From assembly GCA_050740755.1 (NCBI GenBank), contig JBOIDT010000002.1, positions 1 through 56,020 on the forward strand: a DNA stretch of 56,020 nt, given 5' to 3'. Below, piece by piece: positions 35,791 to 44,372 of the stretch; within the stretch, counting starts at the first letter, position 1; the number at the start of each line of letters is the position of its first letter. Under the pieces are notes generated by a model that saw nothing but the letters and a program-made list of their open reading frames with translations, was not told where the DNA came from and did not search any database. The DNA comes from Gammaproteobacteria bacterium. GTDB taxonomy: Bacteria > Pseudomonadota > Gammaproteobacteria > JACCXJ01. A program made the translations under genes and the position numbers.

Positions 35791-37514
35791 CCTCGGGCAG
35801 CCGCATCATCCTGGGTGACGATGACCCTGCGGAACATGCCGGCCTCCATGTGATAGAGCAAATGACAATGGAAGGCCCACTCGCCGAGCGCATCGGCCGT
35901 CACCTCGAAGGACAGGCGCTCGGCGGGCTTGATGTTGATCACGTGCTTGCGGGGTTGGTAGGCGCCGGCACCATTGTCCAGCTCGCTCCACATCCCATGG
36001 AGATGCAGGGGATGATTCATCATGGTGTCGTTGACGAATAGGAACCGCACCCGTTCCCCATAGCGGAGCCGGATCGGATCGGCCTCGGAGGATTTCTTTC
36101 CGTCGAATCCCCAGATGAAGCGCTGCATATTGCCGGTGAGGTGCAATTCGATCTGGCGGTTGGGCGCGCGCCGGTCGTAACCGGGTCTGGTACTCCGCAG
36201 ATCGGTATAGACCAGGACGCGCCGTTCCCTGCCATCGAGGCCGATGCCGGGCTCGTCGAGTCTATCCATGGGCATCATCGCGACCATATCGGTGCCGCGG
36301 CCGTGCTCGTCGGGGCCGTGCATCGAAGCGCTCGCATCGTCGGATGCACGCGCGTCCATCCCGTCATGCGCCGTGCCGTGCATGGCGTTCGGGTGTGAGG
36401 CGTGGTCCATTCCGGTCATGGCGTGTGAGGCGTTCAGCGGGTCATGGGCCATGCCCATATCGGCCATGGTGAGCACCGGCGGTGGCCGCAGTTCCGGGAT
36501 GGGCGCCGCACGGCCCGCCCGCGAGGCGAGAGTGCCGCGCGCGTAGCCGCTGCGGTCCATGGCCTCGGCGAAGATCGTATAGGCCCGGTCGGCGACCGGC
36601 TCGACCAGCACGTCGTAGGTCTCGGCCACCGCGATGCGCAACTCATCGACCGTGACCGACTCGATATCTTGGCCGTCGGCCTGCACGACGGTCATTTTCA
36701 AACCGGGGATACGGACATCGAAATAGGTCATGGCCGCGCCGTTGATGAGCCTGAGCCGTATCCGATCTCCTGGCCGGTAGAGCGCGGTCCAGTTGGCGTC
36801 CGGCGGCTTCCCATTCACGAGAAACGTGTAGGTGTAGCCCGTGACATCGGCGATGTCCGTCGGGTCCATGCGCATGCGGTCCCAGTCGATCCGCTCTGAT
36901 ATCGCCGCTCCCAACCCCCGGCCGGACACGTCGCGAAAAAAATCGAATACCGTGCGTTTGTTGAAGTTGTAGTAACCGCTCTGCTTTTTCAGCTTGGCGA
37001 AGACCCGAGCGGGATCTTCGTCGGTCCAATCCGAGAGCATCACGATATAATCGCGATCGTAGCGGTAGGCTTCGGGTTCGGCGGGCGCGATGATGATTGG
37101 CGCGTACATGCCCGCCTGCTCTTGGAACTCCGAATGGCTGTGATACCAATAGGTCCCGCTCTGCCGCACCAGGAAGCGATACGTAAAGCTTCCGCCGGGC
37201 GCGATGCCCGGGAAGCTCAGTCCGGGCACGCCGTCCATGCCGGCCGGGAGGATGATCCCATGCCAATGAAGGGAGGTCGGGACCTCGAGGCGATTGCGCA
37301 CGCGGATCTCGACGTCCTCGCCCTCGCGCCACCTCAACACCGGTCCCGGCACGGAACCGTTGATCTGCGGGACCCGCTTTTCCCGGCCCGTCACGTTCAA
37401 CGGCTTTTCTTCGATAACCAGCTCGTATTCGCCGGCGAGCACGCCGCCGCTCGGGCTGGATGCGGCCAAGACCGATAACAAAACGGCTGAGCACCGCATT
37501 TTCGATGGGTTCAT
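35787..37514 (-). CDS. copA: Copper resistance system multicopper oxidase CopA/PcoA
   Basis: HWHGI, WYHSH, HPLHLHG and HCHLLYHMEAGM copper-site motifs. Met/His-rich insert (MADMGMAHDPLNASHAMTGMDHASHPNAMHG). Confidence 0.93.
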   Translation of the reverse strand: MNPSKMRCSAVLLSVLAASSPSGGVLAGEYELVIEEKPLNVTGREKRVPQINGSVPGPVLRWREGEDVEIRVRNRLEVPTSLHWHGIILPAGMDGVPGLSFPGIAPGGSFTYRFLVRQSGTYWYHSHSEFQEQAGMYAPIIIAPAEPEAYRYDRDYIVMLSDWTDEDPARVFAKLKKQSGYYNFNKRTVFDFFRDVSGRGLGAAISERIDWDRMRMDPTDIADVTGYTYTFLVNGKPPDANWTALYRPGDRIRLRLINGAAMTYFDVRIPGLKMTVVQADGQDIESVTVDELRIAVAETYDVLVEPVADRAYTIFAEAMDRSGYARGTLASRAGRAAPIPELRPPPVLTMADMGMAHDPLNASHAMTGMDHASHPNAMHGTAHDGMDARASDDASASMHGPDEHGRGTDMVAMMPMDRLDEPGIGLDGRERRVLVYTDLRSTRPGYDRRAPNRQIELHLTGNMQRFIWGFDGKKSSEADPIRLRYGERVRFLFVNDTMMNHPLHLHGMWSELDNGAGAYQPRKHVINIKPAERLSFEVTADALGEWAFHCHLLYHMEAGMFRRVIVTQDDAAARG

Positions 37515-37648
37515 GATTGCATCCTATCGACCCGCGGAGCCGCGGGTCGTTGTCTCAAAAAGTGTTTCTGGTCAACCCCGCCGACGGTCGAGACCACCAC
37601 GAACCCGTACCACGAAAAAGGGTCGTCGTGATGGCGCTCGGCGGAACG

Positions 37649-38245
37649 TCATACGACAAGTCCCCGCCGCAGAGCCCGCGCTGGCTTCGGTGCCCCTGAG
37701 TCCACCGGTTCGCATCGGGAACGCTGGCCTTCGCAACGGTGCGCCGGGGACCCGCCGACAGAAAATGCGCCGCCCATGGCGGCGGCATGGGCGTAGAATT
37801 CTGGATAGGCGAGCTCTTTTCCGGCTTCCTTGTCGAGAAACCTCGCGCGCATGACCACGGCGGAACTGCCCGCGAATGCGCCCGCAAAAAACCGTTGGCC
37901 ACCGCCCACGAATTTCAGATCGGTGATCACGGGTTCGATAAGCAATGTGCGGGCCGGGGTGTCGAGTGGTTTGGCGTTCCACCCGTCCAGTCTCGCTTTC
38001 AGACGGTCATCGATATTTTCTTGTATCTTTGCGAGCGCATCATGGTAAGCGGCGCCTTCGGACTGCGCGCTTTTCAGCGGTGCCACCTCGAATCGATTGA
38101 AGGCGGAAAAATTCTCGGCAGGCGCCGGATTCTGCGATGTGCTCGGCTGGATGTTGGTGACGCAGCCCGTCATCAGGAAAAGGGTGCCGCTAATGACACC
38201 GGTCAGGAACGAGGCGCGATGCCGCGTGGACGATTGAGCTTTCAT
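37649..38245 (-). CDS. Hypothetical lipoprotein (DUF4410-like?)
   Basis: SFLTGVISGTLFLMTGC lipobox. 198 aa. The C-terminal ~35 aa are Arg/Cys-rich and may be aberrant. Confidence 0.5.
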   Translation of the reverse strand: MKAQSSTRHRASFLTGVISGTLFLMTGCVTNIQPSTSQNPAPAENFSAFNRFEVAPLKSAQSEGAAYHDALAKIQENIDDRLKARLDGWNAKPLDTPARTLLIEPVITDLKFVGGGQRFFAGAFAGSSAVVMRARFLDKEAGKELAYPEFYAHAAAMGGAFSVGGSPAHRCEGQRSRCEPVDSGAPKPARALRRGLVV

Positions 38246-38321
38246 GGTCCTGGCGCTCCTTTCGGGATAGAGGGTTCTTCCAAGGATAGGAAAGGCAACG
38301 CGGTTTCGGAAGCCCGCCGGA

Positions 38322-40034
38322 TCATGCGAAGTCCGCCCGCCAAAGGTGTACGGCGCGCTCCGTTAGCCGATGCTGGCGTGCGTCGAGGAGATCGAGCGTC
38401 CATTGCTCGGGCGCGATCTCCGGGATCTTTCGCGTCAAGGCATAAGCGCTTTGGCTGTACGCCCCGAGCTTCTCGATAAAGGTCGCGTTGCCGACTCGGC
38501 AGTTCGCGGCCGATTCGAGCAATGTCAGATTGCCGAGCCGATAGACCGCCGCTTCCCATCTCTCGCGAGGAAAGTGCTGTGCCCAATCGTCTAGCGGGTT
38601 CTCGGGGAGGACGTGCTCGATGGTGGCCGGATCTGTGTCCGGGTCGCAAGACCGACCGGACGCATCTTCTTCGAGCCGGGCCAAGATGTACTTGACCAGC
38701 TTCTTGCGCTGCCCTCCGGTGTCCACGCTGAGCAGGGCGAAGTCGTTTCGGAACTTGCCATCGTCCACGTAGATGGGTTCCAAGCGCTCGAAGAGCGTCG
38801 CGAGATTGGTCGCTTTCCCATCGAGAACGGCCTTGGCCGCCTCGTGATAGGCGGGCTCCAGCGCGTTGGGATTGAGGCCGCTCACGACCGTGTAGCGGAA
38901 GGAAATAACGCTCACAAGCTTCACTACCCGAACGAAGTCCTCCCGCGAGAACCGCTCCCAGGTCGCAAAGAGGACCGGTGTCATCTGCCGCACGCGAAAG
39001 AGGTTCAGATCGCGAACGAACGGTTTCGCACTTGGCAGCTCAGCCCAGTAGCCATGATTCGGATCTTCGAGCGCGGCAAAGAGCTCGGCACGAACTTCTA
39101 GCGCGTCGAGGAGCGCGAAGACGTCCTGCGGCGTTCTCACCCGATCGCGCACGAGCTTGAAAAGGCGTGGGCTTCGGATCTTCGGCTGCTCGCAAAGCAA
39201 GTGGTAGCGAAGAAACTCGGGAAAGCGCTCCGTGGCCACTGTGGCGATGAGCGAGCGCCATCGTCGCTGGAGTGCGTCCAGATCGGACGACACCTTCACC
39301 CTGGAGAAGAGGTAGTTCTTCAGGAGGTCGGTCGTCGTGAGCTCCAGCCCGCGGGCGTTGAGCGTCTCGAACACCGTGTAGGCGTTGAGCTCGTCATCCA
39401 CCGTAATAAGAATGAAAAGGAGCTGGCGGGCGACGGTTTCCGAAAGGACCCTCGCTAAGGCCTCGCCGTCGTCCTTGAGCTCGGAGACTTTGTCAAGCTG
39501 CGCTCCAAGGTACCGGAAGCAGTCCCACAATAATCGATTGGACTTCGGCAGGCCGCGCGGATTGAGCGGTTGTCTCAACTGGACGAGGTAATCCTGGTAG
39601 AACGCGTTGTCGGTCGCGTTGAGGCAGAGCCTGCTGCTCTCGATAAGCGAAGCCGGATCCTTCTCGCCGATGAAGCGATTGCGCAGCTCGTTGGCCCGTT
39701 CCCGGTTAGGCGCTGGCTCGACACCGCGGTCGGCCATCGCCAGGAGCTTGCCGATCACCGCCAGTGCAAGAATGCTGAGCGTCGCCATCCGCTGCTGGCC
39801 GTCGATGATGAGGAACTCGCGGTCGCTAGTCCCCTCGACCACCAGGGCCCCCATGTAGTGACGGTCGTCAGGCCGACCACGAAGCTCCCGAACGTCATTC
39901 CAGAGGTCTTCCCACTGCTCCTCGGACCACGAGTAATCGCGCTGGTAGGGCGGCACGCGATACCCCTTGCCGTTCCCGATCAACTCCAGGTAGTTGATCG
40001 TTCGCGTATTGAGTATGTTGGCTCGGCTCATCAC
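38322..40034 (-). CDS. DUF262 + DUF1524 protein, GmrSD-like (type IV modification-dependent restriction endonuclease family)
   Basis: N-terminal YRVPPYQRDYSW and IIDGQQRMATL (DUF262). C-terminal IEHVLPEN...LGNLTLLESAANCRVGN (His-Me finger, DUF1524). GC looks somewhat lower than in the neighbours. Confidence 0.8.
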   Translation of the reverse strand: MMSRANILNTRTINYLELIGNGKGYRVPPYQRDYSWSEEQWEDLWNDVRELRGRPDDRHYMGALVVEGTSDREFLIIDGQQRMATLSILALAVIGKLLAMADRGVEPAPNRERANELRNRFIGEKDPASLIESSRLCLNATDNAFYQDYLVQLRQPLNPRGLPKSNRLLWDCFRYLGAQLDKVSELKDDGEALARVLSETVARQLLFILITVDDELNAYTVFETLNARGLELTTTDLLKNYLFSRVKVSSDLDALQRRWRSLIATVATERFPEFLRYHLLCEQPKIRSPRLFKLVRDRVRTPQDVFALLDALEVRAELFAALEDPNHGYWAELPSAKPFVRDLNLFRVRQMTPVLFATWERFSREDFVRVVKLVSVISFRYTVVSGLNPNALEPAYHEAAKAVLDGKATNLATLFERLEPIYVDDGKFRNDFALLSVDTGGQRKKLVKYILARLEEDASGRSCDPDTDPATIEHVLPENPLDDWAQHFPRERWEAAVYRLGNLTLLESAANCRVGNATFIEKLGAYSQSAYALTRKIPEIAPEQWTLDLLDARQHRLTERAVHLWRADFA

Positions 40035-40128
40035 AAACCCCTTAACCTCTTTGGTCGCCGTCTAAGAATTCCACGATGGCGGGGGTGAAAGGACCCGTTC
40101 ACGGCCCGGGCGATGTCCGGGTACCTGT

Positions 40129-40920
40129 TTATTGGTCCTGTTCATCGTGCCACCGAGGTTTGCGTCTTTCGAGGAAGGCCGAGAGGCCCTCCCGGGCCTC
40201 GTCTGAGGTCCAGAGCCGGGCGAGTAGCTCGGCGGAGGCCGTTCGTTCTGCCTCGATCGGCACGTCTTTTAGCGCGCGACGCTTGCAATGGGCAAGGGCC
40301 TCGGGCCCGCCGGCGAGCAGGCAGCCGACCTCGGCCTCGACGGCCTCGTCGAGAACGGTGACCGGAACGACGCGGTGCACGAGGCCGAGGCGCTGGGCCT
40401 CGTGGGCGTCGATACGGGCCGCGGTCAGGAACAGGCGCCGCGCCTGCCGTTGGCCCACGGCGCCGATGACATAGGGGGCGATGACCGCGGGGGCGAGGCC
40501 GAGCCGGGCCTCGCTCAAGGCGAAGACGGAGGTCTCGGAGGCGATGGCGATGTCGCAACACGCGATGAGCCCGACCGCACCGCCATAGGCCGGGCCCTGG
40601 ACGCGGGCGATCGTCGGTTTCGAGAGGCCGTTCAGACGCTGCATGAGATCGGCGAGTGTCTCGGCATGCACGCGGTTGGCCTCCGGGGTGTCCAAAAGAC
40701 GCGCCCGCATCCAGTCGATGTCGGCGCCGCTGCAGAAGGCGCCCCCGGCCCCCCTGAGCACCACCACGCGGACCTCGGGATCGTCCTCGATCGCCTCGAT
40801 GCGTGCCAGGAGGGCGCCTACCAACTCCCCGTCGAAGGCGTTGCGGCGCTCGGGGCGGTTGAGCGTGAGCCGGGCGACGCCGCGGCGGTCGTTCTGATAG
40901 ATCAGAGGCTCGGCCATCAT
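40129..40920 (-). CDS. liuC: Enoyl-CoA hydratase family; by operon context methylglutaconyl-CoA hydratase
   Basis: LTLNRPERRNAF, FCSGADI, GPAYGGAVGL crotonase motifs. Its ATGATG start abuts a relic of the liuB stop codon. Confidence 0.8.
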   Translation of the reverse strand: MMAEPLIYQNDRRGVARLTLNRPERRNAFDGELVGALLARIEAIEDDPEVRVVVLRGAGGAFCSGADIDWMRARLLDTPEANRVHAETLADLMQRLNGLSKPTIARVQGPAYGGAVGLIACCDIAIASETSVFALSEARLGLAPAVIAPYVIGAVGQRQARRLFLTAARIDAHEAQRLGLVHRVVPVTVLDEAVEAEVGCLLAGGPEALAHCKRRALKDVPIEAERTASAELLARLWTSDEAREGLSAFLERRKPRWHDEQDQ

Positions 40921-40945
40921 CTACATGCGGAAAACACCGGACCGT

Positions 40946-43054
40946 CTAGCCCGCCGCGCGGGTGGCGAGTGGGGACGCCAGCGCTGCGCCCGCTTCTCGA
41001 GCCCGCAGAGCCCGGTCCTCGACACCGATGTCCGCATAGATCCGGGCCGCCTCGGCAAAGGCCGCGCGAGCGCCTTCGGTTCGATCGAGGGACCGTAGGA
41101 GCTCAGCGTGGGAATAAAGGCATCCTGCCTCCCCGAGCCGATCGCCCATCTCGCGGTAGAGGGGGAGGGCCGCCTGATACCGCGCCCTGGCCTCGTCGTA
41201 GCGGGCGCGTTGCAAGGCCACATCGCCCAGGCTTTTGATGCAGTTCGCCTCCCCGAGACGGTCGCCGATCTCCCGGTAGAGGGATAGCGCCGTCTCGTAT
41301 CGCGCTTGCGCGTTCTCGTACCACGCGCGTTGTAAGGCCACATCGCCGAGTCTTTTAATGCAGTGCGCCTCCCCAAGCCGGGCGCCGATCTCGCGGTAAA
41401 GGGGCACCGCCGTCTCGTAGTGCGCCTCGGCGTCTTCGTACCGGCCGCGCATGCGGGCTAAATCGCCCAGGCTTTGGATACAGTGCGCTTCCCCAAGCCG
41501 GGCGCCGATCTCCCGGTAAAGGGGCAGCGCCGTCTCGTAGTGCGCCTCGGCGTCTTCGTATCGGGCGCGGCGCAAGGCCACATTGCCCAGATTGCGAATG
41601 CAGTTCGCCTCCCCGAGCCGTTCGCCGATCTCGCGGTAGAGAGACAGCGCTGCTTGATAGTGCGACTCGGCCTCCTCGTAGCGGGCGCGCCGTAAGGCCA
41701 TATGGCCGAGGGTTCTAAGGCAGGTCGCCTCACCGCGCCGATCACCTATCTCCTGGTAGAGCGGTAGCGCCAATTGATAACACGCCTCGGCTTCGTCATA
41801 ACGCGCGCAGTTGCGGGCCACGTCGCCGAGGGCTTTACTGCAGTCCGCCTCCCCGAGCCGTTCGCCGATCTCGCGGTAGAGGGACAGCGCCGCTTGATAG
41901 TGCGACTCGGCCTCCTCGTAGCGGGCGCGCCGTAAGGCCACATCGCCGAGGCTCTTAATGCACTTTGCCACGCCAAACCGGTCCCCGATTTCGGTGTAGA
42001 CCGATAACGCGGTTTCATAGCGCGCCTCCGCGTCCTCATAACTCGCACCGCGGCGCCAGGCTACGTCGCCGAGGCTTCGAATGCAGTTCGCCTCACCAAG
42101 CCGGTCCCCGATTCCCCGGTAGACGGACAACGCGGTTTCATAGCCCGCCTCGGCGTCTACATAACGAGAGCGGCTAAAGGCCACATCCCCAAGGGCTTTA
42201 CTAGAGTTCGCCTGCTCGATCAAAGCGCCGATCTCGCGGTAGATCGCCAGCGCCGCTTGATAGCGCGACTCGGCCTCCTTGTAGCGGGCGCGCCGCAGGG
42301 CCACATCGCCGAGGCTTTGGATGCAGTCAGCCTCCCCGAGGCGGTCGCCGATCTCGCGGTACAGGGAAAGCGCGCGCTCGAGGTACTGCGCTTGCGCGGC
42401 GCCGTCACCCTCGAATCCGGCAGCACGGGCGAGGAGATACAGCACTTCGGCTAGCTCCCTGGAGGCACCGGCGGGCTCGAGCTCGGCTAGCACTTGTAGC
42501 AACACCTCCTTGCGCTCGCGCTTGTCCTTGAGACCAAGCGACCAGTCGTAGCCTGCTTCCTGCTCGGCCAGCGTCGCACGAGCCTCCTCGCCCGTGCCCT
42601 CGAAATGGTAGACCCCCGAGCGCCCCGACCAGGTGTCGATGGCCTGGCGCGCGAATTCACGCAAGACGAAACGGGGGCCAAAAAACACCACGGGCCAGGG
42701 AAAGCGGCGGATGCAATAGCCGCGGTTGAGATTGAGCATCGCGAGCGGCTGGCTCTCGGCGCGTGTCAGGTCCAGCAGGGTTTCGAGGCCGAAGACGAAC
42801 ATCGCCCCGGGCGCTCGGCCCGACGCCGTTTCGAGCTGTGCCACGATGCTCGACCCGGGCTGGAGCGTCACCTCGACGATCTCCGTGTCCGGCAACTCGC
42901 TCCGGATCGCGGCCACGAGCCGCTCCCGCAATCGCCGGTGCGCCACGCTCGCGAACGCCAGGGCAAAACCGCCGGCCCTGCGCAAGAGGTTGCAGAGCCG
43001 TTTGAGCTCGACTCGGTTTTGGAGCGTGAGGTCCACGGCGGCCGCGGCCTTCAC
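40946..43054 (-). CDS. TPR-repeat protein: ~300-aa P-loop-less N-terminal module plus about 11 tandem 40-aa TPR units
   Basis: A GTG at 43054 overlaps the upstream gene's stop (GTGA). N-terminal GGFALAFASVAHRRLRERLVAAIRSELPDTEIVEVTL...MFVFGLETL. Repeats are of the type RYEEAESHYQAALSLYREIGERLGEANCIRNLGNVALRRA. Confidence 0.7.
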   Translation of the reverse strand: MKAAAAVDLTLQNRVELKRLCNLLRRAGGFALAFASVAHRRLRERLVAAIRSELPDTEIVEVTLQPGSSIVAQLETASGRAPGAMFVFGLETLLDLTRAESQPLAMLNLNRGYCIRRFPWPVVFFGPRFVLREFARQAIDTWSGRSGVYHFEGTGEEARATLAEQEAGYDWSLGLKDKRERKEVLLQVLAELEPAGASRELAEVLYLLARAAGFEGDGAAQAQYLERALSLYREIGDRLGEADCIQSLGDVALRRARYKEAESRYQAALAIYREIGALIEQANSSKALGDVAFSRSRYVDAEAGYETALSVYRGIGDRLGEANCIRSLGDVAWRRGASYEDAEARYETALSVYTEIGDRFGVAKCIKSLGDVALRRARYEEAESHYQAALSLYREIGERLGEADCSKALGDVARNCARYDEAEACYQLALPLYQEIGDRRGEATCLRTLGHMALRRARYEEAESHYQAALSLYREIGERLGEANCIRNLGNVALRRARYEDAEAHYETALPLYREIGARLGEAHCIQSLGDLARMRGRYEDAEAHYETAVPLYREIGARLGEAHCIKRLGDVALQRAWYENAQARYETALSLYREIGDRLGEANCIKSLGDVALQRARYDEARARYQAALPLYREMGDRLGEAGCLYSHAELLRSLDRTEGARAAFAEAARIYADIGVEDRALRAREAGAALASPLATRAAG

Positions 43055-44335
43055 CGTGGTAGCTCGTCCAAGAGCGGGTTCGGGGTATACCAGAGGCCCT
43101 GCTCGTCCTGATAGCAGAAAACGAAGAGGTCGCGCTGCAGGGCGTACCAGAGCGCCTCGCCTTCGCCCTCGACCGGTGCCTGCGTTTTCCTGATCTCGTC
43201 GAGGAGCGCCCACTCGGCCGTGCGCAGGGGCAGGGCCAGGTTCTGGGCGCCGGCGCGGACGGCCCGCTCGAGGACTTGCGGGGGGCACGGGTAGCGTGTC
43301 GCAGCGGTCCAGGGCCTCGCGCAGCATCACGAAGAGGCTGCGCACATGGCCCCCGGACAGCCGGCAGAGCCGCTCGAGCGACGGCTCGTTCATGAGCTCC
43401 CCCGGCTTCAGCCCGGCCCTGGCGGCGCGGCGCTGCACGATCTCACAGAGCGCTCTTACCCCTCCTTTATTTGGACTCCCGTCGCGGCGCAAGACCGGAA
43501 GCACGGGCAGGGACAAGACCTCGGATCCATAGGTGTTGCGAAGGCGGATCCGGCACCGGCTGTAGGCCAGCTCGATGGGGATCGTATAGAGCACCCCGCA
43601 ATTGAGCGCCCGCAGGATCCCGGCCTGGTCCAGGAACAGACTCTCGTGGTTGGTCAGATCCTCGTGCAGCACCTTCTGCGGGACGCGGTCGAGCTGATCG
43701 ACGATGATGAGCACATCGTCGTAGCCTTTTTTTCTCAGCTCCTCGCGGGCGGGCTTGAGGATCTCGTTGTTCACCAGATCGTAGATGCGTGGCAGGCGCT
43801 CTTCGAGGAGCTTGCGCAGCTCGGCACGCGCGCCGGGCACCTCCTTGAGGGCGATGCTGAGGCTCACGGGGTCCGTGGAGATCTCCATCCCTTCGAGCTG
43901 CAAGGCCTTGATGCGATCGAGCAGGCTGCCCAGGAACTGCTTGAATTTCGTGAGGCCGAAGCCGATGCCGGCGCGGGCGTCGAGATCGGCCAGTAATTGC
44001 CACACCATGTGATAGACCACGTCCTGGGGCTGGACGTCCGCGAGGTCCAGCCAGCGCTCCGCCTCCACGAACGATACGAACAGCTTGCGGGGCGCGGCAC
44101 CCGTTTCTAGGCCATGTTTCACCCGGTACAGCTCGGTGGTCTTGCCGCACCCACGGTGGCCGGTGAAGAGCCGCGTGTAGGGCAGATCCCCGCTGCGCGC
44201 CAGGCTGCGGATCAGTCTTCCCTTGACGTCGTCGGCCCCGAGCGCCTTCTGCCAGTCGACGTAGAGGTCCTGCTCGGTCGCCTCCAGGGGTTTCAGGGGA
44301 TCGATGAGCTGGTAGAAGGCCGTGAGCTTGTCCAT
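43051..44335 (-). pseudogene. P-loop ATPase (AAA/ORC-like), reading frame interrupted by one extra base in the G6 run at 43280-43285 (true frameshift or homopolymer sequencing error)
   Basis: MDKLTAFYQLIDPL..., Walker A GHRGCGKTTEL, Walker B VLIIVDQLDR. After ...DRCDTLPVP the annotated frame becomes Arg/Pro junk. The other frame reads QVLERAVRAGAQNLALPLRTAEWALLDEIRKTQAPVEGEGEALWYALQRDLFVFCYQDEQGLWYTPNPLLDELPR* and stops at 43051-43053. Confidence 0.65.
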
Positions 44336-44372
44336 AGAAGGATTATAAAGACTGCGGTACTCATCCTCACGG

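Larger units (their letters stand above)
40946..44372 (-). mobile_element. About 3.4-kb two-gene cassette inserted at the liuB stop / liuC start junction, bounded by a short direct repeat of the liuB 3' end
   Basis: CTACATGCGGAA.AC.CC occurs at both 40921 and 44373. Copy 40921 directly abuts the liuC start, and copy 44373 is the real end of liuB. Confidence 0.55.

Noticed and set aside
37528-37549. Perfect 10-bp hairpin CGACCCGCGG-AG-CCGCGGGTCG just upstream of the copA start
   Set aside because: No U-tract on either strand and no recognisable cop-box. It could be a terminator for the upstream lipoprotein gene or an operator, but the evidence is insufficient to call it.
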